Part shown: positions 8,731-19,423 of the stretch, piece by piece
How positions within the stretch are numbered: the first letter of the stretch is position 1
Layout of the letters: each line of letters begins with the position of its first letter
DNA from: Clostridia bacterium
GTDB taxonomy: Bacteria; Bacillota; Clostridia; Christensenellales; UBA1242
Assembly (NCBI GenBank): GCA_045650505.1
Contig: JAZRRE010000031.1
Span: 95,885 to 159,884, forward strand
Direction of reading: 5' to 3'
DNA length: 64,000 nucleotides
The notes under the pieces: model-generated
The model's input: only the letters and a program-made list of their open reading frames with translations
Told to the model about the DNA's origin: nothing
The model's database searches: none
Translations under genes and position numbers: made by a program

Positions 8731-9451
8731 AGTTGTCATCTGAACGAGATTCGCTTGCTTTGTTATCAGCAGGAATTTCTTTAATTGTTTCGTCTTCAAA
8801 ATAATCATCAGTTTTGTCTGCATTTTTTGGACGAGTGATGTTGCTTTTAAGTTTAACCATAACATATCTGTTTGGTTCGTTGCCATAGCTTTCGGTGATA
8901 ACTTTATCGTGGTCAGCAAGGGCAGAGTGAATGATTCTTCTTTCATAAGAGTTCATTGCTTCAAACTTAAATTCTTTATGTTCACGAATAACTTTGCCTG
9001 CAGTTCTTTTTGCAAGGTTTGTCAAAATTTCTTGACGCTTTTTAGCATAGTTGTTGCTATCTACTGTAACTCTTTTGATTTCTTCTCTTGTTTTTCCATT
9101 GTTATAAATTGCGTTTGCAATAATTTGGAATTCTTCAATAGAGTCACCACGCTTTCCAATAAAGAGTGCTGAATCTTCACCTGTAACGTTAACGAAGAAA
9201 TCACTTTCTCTTTCTTCAACATAAACGTTAAGGTTAAGACCCATAAGATTAATTAATTTTTCAATAAGTTCTTTAACTTTTGCTTCTTCTTCAGATGAAG
9301 TGTTAAGTGAAATTCTAACTCTTGCTTTATTAAAAAGACCAGCTTGTTCAAGAATTTCGATATTAACATCTTCTCTTGAAACTCCGAGTTTATAAAGTCC
9401 AATTTCAATAGCTTGTTCAGCGGTTTTTCCTTGTGTTTCAATACTTTTCAT
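8729..9451 (-). CDS. jag: Jag/KhpB RNA-binding protein (Jag_N, KH, R3H)
   Basis: N-terminus MKSIETQGKTAEQAIEIGL, R3H region ERRIIHSALADHDKVITESYGNEPNRYVMV. Position downstream of yidC. Confidence 0.85.
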   Translation of the reverse strand: MKSIETQGKTAEQAIEIGLYKLGVSREDVNIEILEQAGLFNKARVRISLNTSSEEEAKVKELIEKLINLMGLNLNVYVEERESDFFVNVTGEDSALFIGKRGDSIEEFQIIANAIYNNGKTREEIKRVTVDSNNYAKKRQEILTNLAKRTAGKVIREHKEFKFEAMNSYERRIIHSALADHDKVITESYGNEPNRYVMVKLKSNITRPKNADKTDDYFEDETIKEIPADNKASESRSDDN

Positions 9452-9453
9452 TT

Positions 9454-10632
9454 TTATTTCTCCTGTAGTTTTCCTTTTTTGATTAATCGATTAGCTTCTT
9501 TTTCAAGCACTTCTTCAACTTCTGCTTGTTGTTTTTTGGTGAGCTTATTGATGATAAGCACTGTGATTTCACCTAAAACGATGCCTGCAATTGAGTTTGC
9601 AATAAGGTAAAGACCGAAGCAGGCTGATGATGTGAATGCGAATCCAACCATAATGAGAGGAAGAATAAATTTCATAATCTTCATTGTTCTTTCAGTTTGG
9701 TCAGTTGCTTTAACAAGTTTTTGTGCTTTTTTGTTATGAAGTTTTGTGTGAAGGTCGGTTATCCATTGAGAGAAGAAAGATAACACACCAACAGCAATTG
9801 CGATAATCAAGAAACCGTTTTGTGGTCTTGCAGAATTATCAACAACAGAGTTTGCAATTCTTGTATATTTTTCTTCATTAATTTCTTCTTCGATGTATGT
9901 GGTGTAACTTCCGGTTGAAGAGCTAATAAGTTTTTCATAAGTTGGAAGTGGGGAAGTTGGGGCATCTGCAACCCAAAGGTTTGTTACCCAAAGCCAACTT
10001 TCTTTCTTTTCACTCCAGCAATCAAGCATTGCTTTTTCAGCTTCTGCAGTTGCTTCATAATAATAATTTGAATTTACTTGGAAAATAGGGTCATCTTTGT
10101 CTGCATTGTTTACGTTTGCGTTAATCCAAGCATTTGCTGTGGTTTCATCAACAATGGTTTCATCACCGGTTTTTTCACGAAGTGATGAAACGTATTCACC
10201 AACATAAGTTTGCTCGAGTGTTTCATATTGATTAATCATTTCATAAGCTGCAACTTTTCTGATTGATGAATAGAAAGTGAAGAATACAACCATAGTAACA
10301 ATCATATTTATAGCCATAACAATACAACTTGTGCCGGCTTTGAATCCTTCTCTTTTATAAAGTGATTGTGTTTGTATTCTAATTTGTTCTTGATTAGCAC
10401 CAAACTTCTTTTTAATTTTTGCAATTTGTGGTGATAACTTTTTTTGAACAAGGTTTTGCTTTTTTGATGAATATTTAACGAAAAATTCAAGTGGACTCAT
10501 TATAAGTTTGATAAGAAGTGTAACAAATAAAATTGTCCAACCGAAATTTCCAAAAGCGCCTTGAACAAAGTAAATTAGTTTTGACCAAAGGTCATTTGGT
10601 GCATTAGCTAAAACAAGCGATAAAGCGTTCAT
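9454..10632 (-). CDS. yidC: YidC/Oxa1-family membrane protein insertase (392 aa)
   Basis: Multi-pass membrane protein with a basic C-terminal tail, in the conserved rnpA-yidD-yidC-jag context. Confidence 0.85.
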   Translation of the reverse strand: MNALSLVLANAPNDLWSKLIYFVQGAFGNFGWTILFVTLLIKLIMSPLEFFVKYSSKKQNLVQKKLSPQIAKIKKKFGANQEQIRIQTQSLYKREGFKAGTSCIVMAINMIVTMVVFFTFYSSIRKVAAYEMINQYETLEQTYVGEYVSSLREKTGDETIVDETTANAWINANVNNADKDDPIFQVNSNYYYEATAEAEKAMLDCWSEKKESWLWVTNLWVADAPTSPLPTYEKLISSSTGSYTTYIEEEINEEKYTRIANSVVDNSARPQNGFLIIAIAVGVLSFFSQWITDLHTKLHNKKAQKLVKATDQTERTMKIMKFILPLIMVGFAFTSSACFGLYLIANSIAGIVLGEITVLIINKLTKKQQAEVEEVLEKEANRLIKKGKLQEK

Positions 10633-10641
10633 AAAATCTCC

Positions 10642-10917
10642 TTACATAAAATATTTATATTTTCTTTTTGGGTTGATAGGCACAGGGTCTGTGCCACCTT
10701 TTGATTTAGGATTGCATCTTATAAGTCTTTTTGCTGATAGTTTTAAACCAACAAAAAAACCCCACTCGGCAAAACAACTGCTCGCATAAATCGAGCAAGT
10801 AGGTGTGTATTTGCATGCGTGGGGAATAAATGGTGAGATGCAAAACTTGAATATTGCAACAAGAAATAATGCAATATATTTTGGAATGCTAATAATCACT
10901 TTAAGAATTTTCTTCAT
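10642..10917 (-). CDS. yidD: membrane protein insertion efficiency factor YidD
   Basis: Conserved CKYTPTCSIYASSCF...GLKLSAKRLIRCNP. Overlaps the rnpA stop by 17 nt. Confidence 0.9.
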   Translation of the reverse strand: MKKILKVIISIPKYIALFLVAIFKFCISPFIPHACKYTPTCSIYASSCFAEWGFFVGLKLSAKRLIRCNPKSKGGTDPVPINPKRKYKYFM

Positions 10918-11257
10918 TGACTTTCAAAATGTCTGCCTTTTTAATAAGGTTTGAATATTGATTAGATAATTCTTCAAACGAAAAGTTCAAAATATTTTCT
11001 CTTGCAACTACAATAATATTATAGTTTTGTTTGAGATTTGGCAAACTTTTTCTAACAATTTCACGAAGTCTTCTTTTCACAAGGTTGCGAATGGTTGCTT
11101 TTCCAATTTTCTTTGTTACAGCAAAACCAACTTTGATACTTTTTGTTTTTGAAGGCAAAAAGTATAAGACTATCGCACTTGAAGAAAGGTGTGTGCCATT
11201 TTTATAAATATAATTAAACTGATAACGTTTTTTTAATCTGTTAACCTTATTAAGCAT
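10901..11257 (-). CDS. rnpA: ribonuclease P protein component
   Basis: Basic 118-aa protein with the KKIGKATIRNLVKRRLRE motif, directly downstream of rpmH. Confidence 0.9.
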   Translation of the reverse strand: MLNKVNRLKKRYQFNYIYKNGTHLSSSAIVLYFLPSKTKSIKVGFAVTKKIGKATIRNLVKRRLREIVRKSLPNLKQNYNIIVVARENILNFSFEELSNQYSNLIKKADILKVNEENS

Positions 11258-11271
11258 AACATTCCTTCAAA

Positions 11272-11409
11272 TTATTTTCTAATAAGTTCTTTGCGACCTT
11301 TGTTTCTTCTTCTAGCGAGTACTCTTCTTCCACCTTTAGTTCTCATTTTAGCTCTAAAACCATGAACTTTGTTTTTATGGTTTTTCTTAGGTTGATAAGT
11401 TCTTTTCAT
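11272..11409 (-). CDS. rpmH: 50S ribosomal protein L34
   Basis: [42 protein letters not shown]. Start trimmed to the ATG at 11409, preceded by AGGAG. Confidence 0.95.
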   Translation of the reverse strand: MKRTYQPKKNHKNKVHGFRAKMRTKGGRRVLARRRNKGRKELIRK

Positions 11410-11466
11410 AATAAATTTGCTCCTATATATTTTTTGATAAATGCCAAAAGGCATAATTTCTATCAT

Positions 11467-11496
11467 ATTATAAACGAGAGCCTATGGTTTTGTCAA
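11467..11496 (-). promoter_or_regulatory. rpmH operon promoter
   Basis: On the minus strand: TTGACA (11496-11491), an 18-nt spacer, then TATAAT (11472-11467). Confidence 0.65.
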
Positions 11497-11510
11497 GAAC
11501 TAAAAACAAT

Positions 11511-11548
11511 AAAAAAGCTCTGGCAAACCCGCCAGAGCCTAAAATTTT
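11511..11548 (-). terminator. intrinsic terminator after the dnaA-dnaN-membrane gene unit
   Basis: Stem GCTCTGGC/GCCAGAGC followed by a T-run on the minus strand. Confidence 0.8.
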
Positions 11549-11557
11549 AAGTAAATA

Positions 11558-12259
11558 TTATTTTGTTTCTTCAACAGCAGCTTTTTTAACAACGCGAATA
11601 ACACGTTTAACAAGGCAAGCGTTGATGAATTTTTTAGTCTTTTTGAGTGAAACAAGGAATGCAATATAAAGTGCGATATTCACCACAATCATTGCAGACA
11701 TTGAAAGCACAAAATAAGAAAGTGTTGAAGTGATTCCTGATTCAAAGAATAAAATTTTAACAGCAGAAACTACAAATTGAATAACTGTTGAAAACGCAAG
11801 TGAATAGCAAAGAACAGAGAATGTGATAAATTTATTTGATGCTTTAAGTCTGTTCTTTTCATCTTTTTGAACGTTATAGAAGATTGAAACACTCAAAATG
11901 TTGATTAAGAATGCAATGTAAGCATAGAAAATAATGATTCCAATTTTGTTAAGGTAAAGCCCTGCAAGGTAATATGTGTTTGTAAAGAGGAAAAATGCGA
12001 TATAAAACATTATTCGAAGCCAAGAAGGGAACATAATACTCTTAAATTTTGAAATTGAAAATCCAAAAATATAAAGTGCCAAACAGCAAAGTGCTAAAAT
12101 GTATGCTGCCACATAGCTAAACTTTTCAGGAACTGAAAAGCTTGTGATTCCAAAAAGATTAAATGAAATCAAAAGCAAGTGAATAGCAGTGAAAAATAGC
12201 GCAAATGATAAAGTTAAGTTGCAGGCAAATTCGTTTTTAGTAATTTTTTTCATAGTCAT
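11558..12259 (-). CDS. multi-pass membrane protein, unknown function (233 aa)
   Basis: About six hydrophobic helices. Starts 5 nt after the dnaN stop. Not part of the usual origin gene set. Confidence 0.75.
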   Translation of the reverse strand: MTMKKITKNEFACNLTLSFALFFTAIHLLLISFNLFGITSFSVPEKFSYVAAYILALCCLALYIFGFSISKFKSIMFPSWLRIMFYIAFFLFTNTYYLAGLYLNKIGIIIFYAYIAFLINILSVSIFYNVQKDEKNRLKASNKFITFSVLCYSLAFSTVIQFVVSAVKILFFESGITSTLSYFVLSMSAMIVVNIALYIAFLVSLKKTKKFINACLVKRVIRVVKKAAVEETK

Positions 12260-12264
12260 ATCCT

Positions 12265-13368
12265 TTATTCAACGATTCTAACAGGGAGAATTAAATATAA
12301 ATATTTATCTTCTTCAGCAGAGCAAATTGTGCAAGGCGCAATTTGAGAAGTGAAATTCATTTTAATAAATTCATCAGTGATTGTGTGCATACAATCGCTT
12401 AAATATCTTGCGTTGAAAGCAATTTGCAAATCTTTTCCATCAAGAGAGATTGTGATGTTTTCGGTAACATTACCAATGTTTGAAGCAGAGGTGAGTGTTA
12501 AAATTCTATCACGAATATCAAATTTAACAAGATTGTTCTTGTCCATTCTAGCAAGCAAACTTGCTCTCTCTAAACCATCTTCAAGTTGAGCTTTGCTAAC
12601 GAGAATAGTTGTTGTTGTGCTAACAGGAATAACTTTGTGATAGTCAATAAATTCACCCTCTAAAAGTCTAGTGATGATTCTAACAGAACCGTCATCAATC
12701 ATCATATGGTTTGCACCAATCAAGATGTCAATATAATCATCGTTTCCATCAATAAGCTTTGAAATTTCGTTAAGGCTTCTTGCTGGAATGATGCAAGACA
12801 TTTTGTTTGAAGTGCATTTAACTTCTGTTTTAACCATTGCAAGACGATATCCATCAAGAGCAACTGCTGTCATTGTGTTGTTTTCAATTTCAAAAAGGCA
12901 ACCTTTCAAAATTGGTCTAGCATCATCAACAGCAACAGAGAAAATTGTTTTTTCAATAAGCTCTTTAAGGTCAGTTCTTTTGATTGTGATTTTTTCAGGT
13001 GTTGAAAGTTCACGAATGATAGGGAATTCATCAGCTGAAAGGCATTGAAGATAACCCTCACTGTCGGTATATTTAATTTTGATAGTGTTTTGGTCGGTAA
13101 GTGTGAGTTCAATTTGTTCGTTTGAAAGTTTTTTCACAAAGTCAGCAAAGAACTTTCCAGGAACAACCACATCACCAGGAATTTTAACATCTGCAGCAAT
13201 TGTCTTTTCAATAGAAATTTCAAGGTCAGTTGCAGAAAGTGTTAAAGTGTCTTCGCTTGCGTGAAGCTTGATACCTTCAAGTATAGGATTTGTTGTTCTA
13301 ACAGCAGTTGCACGAATAACCTTTAAAACTGCATCGCTTAAATCTAATCCTTCACAAATAAGTTTCAT
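12265..13368 (-). CDS. dnaN: DNA polymerase III beta sliding clamp
   Basis: 367 aa with a three-domain clamp pattern, ending ...LYLILPVRI. Directly downstream of dnaA. Confidence 0.95.
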   Translation of the reverse strand: MKLICEGLDLSDAVLKVIRATAVRTTNPILEGIKLHASEDTLTLSATDLEISIEKTIAADVKIPGDVVVPGKFFADFVKKLSNEQIELTLTDQNTIKIKYTDSEGYLQCLSADEFPIIRELSTPEKITIKRTDLKELIEKTIFSVAVDDARPILKGCLFEIENNTMTAVALDGYRLAMVKTEVKCTSNKMSCIIPARSLNEISKLIDGNDDYIDILIGANHMMIDDGSVRIITRLLEGEFIDYHKVIPVSTTTTILVSKAQLEDGLERASLLARMDKNNLVKFDIRDRILTLTSASNIGNVTENITISLDGKDLQIAFNARYLSDCMHTITDEFIKMNFTSQIAPCTICSAEEDKYLYLILPVRIVE

Positions 13369-13385
13369 AATATTCTCCTTAAATT

Positions 13386-14789
13386 TTATTTTCCTTCAAT
13401 CATTTTTTTGAGGTCGTTTATTTCAACATCAAGTTTTTTTGACTTTTTAATATCATCTTGAACTTTGTTTTTGGCGTAAAGCACTGTTGAGTGGTCTTTT
13501 CCAAAAATGTTTCCAACGGCTTCAAGTGGAATGTTGATAAATTCTGTAATTAAATACATTGCAATTTGTCTTGCTTCGGCAATTTGTTTTGTTCTTTTTC
13601 TAGCAAGAAGCTCTTCTTTTTTAACGTTATAGAATTTGCAAACAATATCAATAATTTTTGTTGCATCAATGGTTTCTTCATCTTCTTTTGCAATATCTTT
13701 AAGTGCTTCTCTTGCAGTTGCAAGTGTCACGATATCTTCTTTTTGAAGAGAAGAGTAGAACACTGCACGAGAAAGATAGCCTTCCATTGTTCTAATGTTT
13801 GATGTTGAAAGTTCAGCAATATATTCAATAACTTCTCTTGAAACATTAAAACGTTCTTGTTGAGCCTTTTTATTGAGTATTGCAATTTTTGTTTCAATAT
13901 CAGGAACACTGATGTCGGCAAGCATACCCCATTCAAGACGAGAACGAAGTCTTTCTTCAAGTGGGTTTAACTCTTTTGGCTGTTTATCAGAAGTAATAAT
14001 GATTTGCTTTCCTTTTTGATGAAGTTCATTGAAAATGTTGAAGAACTGTTCTTGAGTTTGTTCTTTCTTTATTATGTGTTGAATGTCATCAATAATCAAA
14101 ACATCTGCGTTTAAATAAGTTTCTTTAAACTTTGAAGCAGTTTTTGTTTGAAGTGAGTTAACAAAATCATCGGTGAACTTATAAGTTGTGACATAAATAA
14201 CATTAAGTTCTGGGTGATTTTCTGTTATGTGGTTTCCAATCGCGTAGAGAAGGTGAGTTTTTCCAAGACCTGGTCCACCATAAATAAAGAGTGGGTTAAC
14301 TTTCTTTCCAGGTTCTTCTGCAACAGCTTTTGCGATTGCTGCAGCAAACTTGTTGCTTGAACCAATGATAAAGTTGTCGAAATTATATTTAGGGTCAAAC
14401 TTGAAACTTGGGTTTTCGATTGCAGGTGACGGATTGTTCTCATCAACATAAACACGCTCTTTCACTGTTTCAGGTTCTTTTTCAATTTCTTTTGTTGATT
14501 CTGCTTCACTATCATCTTTAACAACAATTTCAACATTTGTGATTGCCTTGTAAACTTTGTTTGAAGCATTTGTGATAATCTTTTTGTAATTCTTGTTAAG
14601 CATATCTTTTGCACTTTTTGTTGATGTTGCAAGAACAATAGTGTTTTCTTTAATGTCAATTACATCAAGTGTTCGAATCCAAACATCAAAGGCAAACATA
14701 GAAGTTTCTTTAACGATTTCTTCTTTAATGCTTTCCCAAAGAGTGAGAATGTCAATGTTTGTTGATGAAATAAAGTCGTTATTTTCCAA
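13386..14789 (-). CDS. dnaA: chromosomal replication initiator DnaA (TTG start)
   Basis: Walker A GGPGLGKTHL, box VII, C-terminal DNA-binding segment DHSTVLYA. The start codon is TTG, 6 nt after GGAGG. Confidence 0.97.
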   Translation of the reverse strand: MENNDFISSTNIDILTLWESIKEEIVKETSMFAFDVWIRTLDVIDIKENTIVLATSTKSAKDMLNKNYKKIITNASNKVYKAITNVEIVVKDDSEAESTKEIEKEPETVKERVYVDENNPSPAIENPSFKFDPKYNFDNFIIGSSNKFAAAIAKAVAEEPGKKVNPLFIYGGPGLGKTHLLYAIGNHITENHPELNVIYVTTYKFTDDFVNSLQTKTASKFKETYLNADVLIIDDIQHIIKKEQTQEQFFNIFNELHQKGKQIIITSDKQPKELNPLEERLRSRLEWGMLADISVPDIETKIAILNKKAQQERFNVSREVIEYIAELSTSNIRTMEGYLSRAVFYSSLQKEDIVTLATAREALKDIAKEDEETIDATKIIDIVCKFYNVKKEELLARKRTKQIAEARQIAMYLITEFINIPLEAVGNIFGKDHSTVLYAKNKVQDDIKKSKKLDVEINDLKKMIEGK

Positions 14790-14822
14790 AAGAAACCTCC
14801 AAGGTGTAATAATTCATTTTTA

Positions 14823-14851
14823 ATTATATAAGTTAATAAATTAAAAATCAA
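14823..14851 (-). promoter_or_regulatory. dnaA promoter
   Basis: On the minus strand: TTGATT, a 17-nt spacer, then TATAAT. Confidence 0.6.
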
Positions 14852-14911
14852 GGAGTTTCTCTGGACTTTGTTAAAAAGTTACAAACGAAATCTTGAAACT
14901 TTGAGATTTGC

Positions 14912-14940
14912 TCGACAATTCTCTTAAAAATTTATATAAT
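14912..14940 (+). promoter_or_regulatory. recF promoter
   Basis: TCGACA (14912-14917), a 17-nt spacer, then TATAAT (14935-14940). Confidence 0.55.
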
Positions 14941-14975
14941 AATGCTAGAAAAAATTAAGCATTTAGTGAGAATTT

Positions 14976-16082
14976 ATGCAGGTTAAATGGGTGAAACTTA
15001 AAAACTTTAGAAACTACAACGAAGCCGTTGTGGAATTTTTTCCACGCATAAATTTAATTTCTGGTCAAAATGGTCAAGGCAAAACCAACCTTGTTGAGGC
15101 TGTAATGCTAAACGCACTTTCAAAAAGCCCAAGAACTTCGCACGATGAAGACCTTAAACTGCAGGGTGAAACCCACACTGAAGCCGAAGTTTGTGTTTCA
15201 AGAAATTATGGTGATGTGACTATTAAATGTGTGCTTGACAGTGAGTGTGGAAAAAAGTTTTTTATCAACTCAAACGAAGTTAAAAAAGTGAGTGAAATTT
15301 TTGGAAGTTTGGTGGCTGTTTATTTTTCTCCAAACGACCTTAAAATTGTCAGTGAATCACCGGCAGAACGTCGTGATTTTATGGATACTGACATTTCTCA
15401 ACTTTCAGGCTCTTATTATAATCTTTTGCAAAGATACAATAAAATTCTCTTTCAAAGAAACAAACTTTTAAAAACTGTGCACGATAGAGCGCTTCTTGCT
15501 GACCAGATTGATATTTGGAATGAGCAACTTGCAAGCGTTGCGGGCTATATTGTTAAAACCAGAAAAAACTTTATTGAAAAACTTAAAGAGCCAGCAAAAG
15601 CCACAATGAAATATATGACCAAAGAAGCCGACAATCTTGACATTATTTATGTTGGGGCACAAGGTGAAACCGCTGAAGAAATCAAAGCCGAAATTTTGAA
15701 ATCTTTAAAATTTAATTTTGAAAAAGATATTGAACTTGGTTACACAAGTGTTGGTCCACATCGTGATGACATTAAATTTGCCCTTAATGGAAAAGATGCA
15801 AAAGTGTTTGCAAGTCAGGGTCAACAACGAAGCATTGTGCTTGCTTTAAAACTTGCAGAGATTGAAGTTTTTGAAAAAGAAATCGGTGAGAAACCAATTC
15901 TTGTTTTAGATGATGTGTTCAGTGAACTTGACTCATCAAGGCAAAAGAAATTATATGACAAATTTGAGGGTGGGCAGGTGCTTATGACAGGTACTGCATT
16001 TAAGTTTAAACCGGCTGAAGATTATTTGGCACTCACCGTTAAAAATGGGGTTGTTAAATCAAAAATCGTTTCAAAAAAATAA
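14976..16082 (+). CDS. recF: DNA replication and repair protein RecF
   Basis: Walker A GQNGQGKTN, signature-like FASQGQQRS, Walker B ILVLDDVFSELD. Confidence 0.95.
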   Translation: MQVKWVKLKNFRNYNEAVVEFFPRINLISGQNGQGKTNLVEAVMLNALSKSPRTSHDEDLKLQGETHTEAEVCVSRNYGDVTIKCVLDSECGKKFFINSNEVKKVSEIFGSLVAVYFSPNDLKIVSESPAERRDFMDTDISQLSGSYYNLLQRYNKILFQRNKLLKTVHDRALLADQIDIWNEQLASVAGYIVKTRKNFIEKLKEPAKATMKYMTKEADNLDIIYVGAQGETAEEIKAEILKSLKFNFEKDIELGYTSVGPHRDDIKFALNGKDAKVFASQGQQRSIVLALKLAEIEVFEKEIGEKPILVLDDVFSELDSSRQKKLYDKFEGGQVLMTGTAFKFKPAEDYLALTVKNGVVKSKIVSKK

Positions 16083-16089
16083 AGCAAAT

Positions 16090-16121
16090 AAAAAACACAC
16101 CAAATTCGGTGTGTTTTTTTG
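16090..16121. terminator. bidirectional terminator
   Basis: Stem ACACACC/GGTGTGT flanked by an A-run and a T-run. Confidence 0.8.
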
Positions 16122-16448
16122 TTATTGATTTGATGGTCCACTTTGAGAATTTCCATTAGCGAGATTTCTAAAAATGTTATCAATTCTGTCAATCAAGTCA
16201 TATGCTTTTCTGATTTTTACTTGCGTGTCAGTGATTTTATCTATTCTTTTCATAGCGTCTTCAAAAGAATTAACAACCATAAGTCTTGGAGTTTCTCTTA
16301 TTCTTTTTTCGCCACTCTCAATAAACTTCAAACATTCATTTCGATAATATTTAAGTGCTTCAACAATGAATCTTGTTCGGGTGTAAACCACAGAGCCGTC
16401 ATCAAGTTTTGCTTCATAGTATTTATCTTCAATAAAAAAACTCGCCAT
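16122..16448 (-). CDS. hypothetical protein (108 aa from the ATG at 16448)
   Basis: The ORF track starts at a TTG that sits inside the GGAG. The ATG GCG at 16448 lies 6 nt after GGAG. No family recognised. Confidence 0.6.
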   Translation of the reverse strand: MASFFIEDKYYEAKLDDGSVVYTRTRFIVEALKYYRNECLKFIESGEKRIRETPRLMVVNSFEDAMKRIDKITDTQVKIRKAYDLIDRIDNIFRNLANGNSQSGPSNQ

Positions 16449-16522
16449 AAACATCTCCAATTAATATGGTTTTATTATAAACCAACAAATTAGATTTGTA
16501 AATAGCAAGTTTTTTGTTTTTA

Positions 16523-17257
16523 TTAACCAGCAGAGAAGGTGAATCCTTCTTGAGTTCTTTCAACTTCGTCACCGGTTCCATTAATCATATCATCAATCAT
16601 ATTTCCAGCTTGCATACCGGTGTTTGATGCGGTTCCCATATTTTGTTCACACGCACCTTTAACTTGGTCAGGATTCATTTCTTGAGCAACACTCACATAA
16701 ATGATTTCAGTGAGAGCTTCAAGAAGGGTGTGTCCGGTGGTTTTGATTGCAGCTGTTCTTGAACCAAAGTTTTTAAAGTTAACTCCGGCTTGACCTCTGT
16801 CTAATTCACTCAAATCAATGTTGGCTTGTCTAACAGCAGACTTAATTTTTTCGCGAATATAGTTTTTTGCAGATTCGCCTTGACCCTTTAATGATTCAAG
16901 TTCTCCCGGACCAAAAGGAACAGTGAATTTGATTCGTTTAGAGCTTCCGCCCTCTTGTGATTTATCTTTTCCTTGTGAAATTTCATTTGCGGTGGCACGG
17001 AGTGCATCATCTAAACTTTCTTTAACAATTCCGCCATTTTTCTTATTCCAAGGCTCTGCATCGTTTTCTTCTGGCATAACAACTTTAACAATTGTTGAAT
17101 TTTCAGAAAGTTTCTTCCATTCTTTTTCAGGAATGTGTTTGCTTACAGCACTTTTAAGCACTTGATAAACCGCTTCTGGGTCTTGACCTTTAAGTTCTTG
17201 AAGGTTGATATCTTCTTTAATATTTTTAACAGTATCTTTTGATGTATTTTCAGCCAT
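16523..17257 (-). CDS. hypothetical protein (244 aa)
   Basis: RBS AAGGAAAC. Charged N-terminal half, Gly/Met/Asn-rich C-terminus. No family recognised. Confidence 0.7.
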   Translation of the reverse strand: MAENTSKDTVKNIKEDINLQELKGQDPEAVYQVLKSAVSKHIPEKEWKKLSENSTIVKVVMPEENDAEPWNKKNGGIVKESLDDALRATANEISQGKDKSQEGGSSKRIKFTVPFGPGELESLKGQGESAKNYIREKIKSAVRQANIDLSELDRGQAGVNFKNFGSRTAAIKTTGHTLLEALTEIIYVSVAQEMNPDQVKGACEQNMGTASNTGMQAGNMIDDMINGTGDEVERTQEGFTFSAG

Positions 17258-17433
17258 AATTTTGTTTCCTTATATCTTGATAATTTCATTATAGCTAAAA
17301 ATTTAAAAAAGTAAAACAAATTAAAAATTTAACTTTTTTATTTTAAAGTGTCAAATTTCGGCAAAAAAATGGCATATTTTTGCTATAAATATATATATAT
17401 TATAATATAATTATATATATAGGGCAAAATCGT

Positions 17434-17463
17434 TTGTTTTAAGGCTATTTTTTGTGCTATAAT
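17434..17463 (+). promoter_or_regulatory. gyrB promoter with extended -10 (TGcTATAAT)
   Basis: TTGTTT-like -35, then TGCTATAAT at 17455-17463, about 35 nt upstream of the ATG. Confidence 0.5.
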
Positions 17464-17494
17464 ACAGCTGTGTTAAAATAAATTTAAAGGGTGA

Positions 17495-19414
<1,920 letters not shown>

Positions 19415-19423
19415 GGGGAAATT

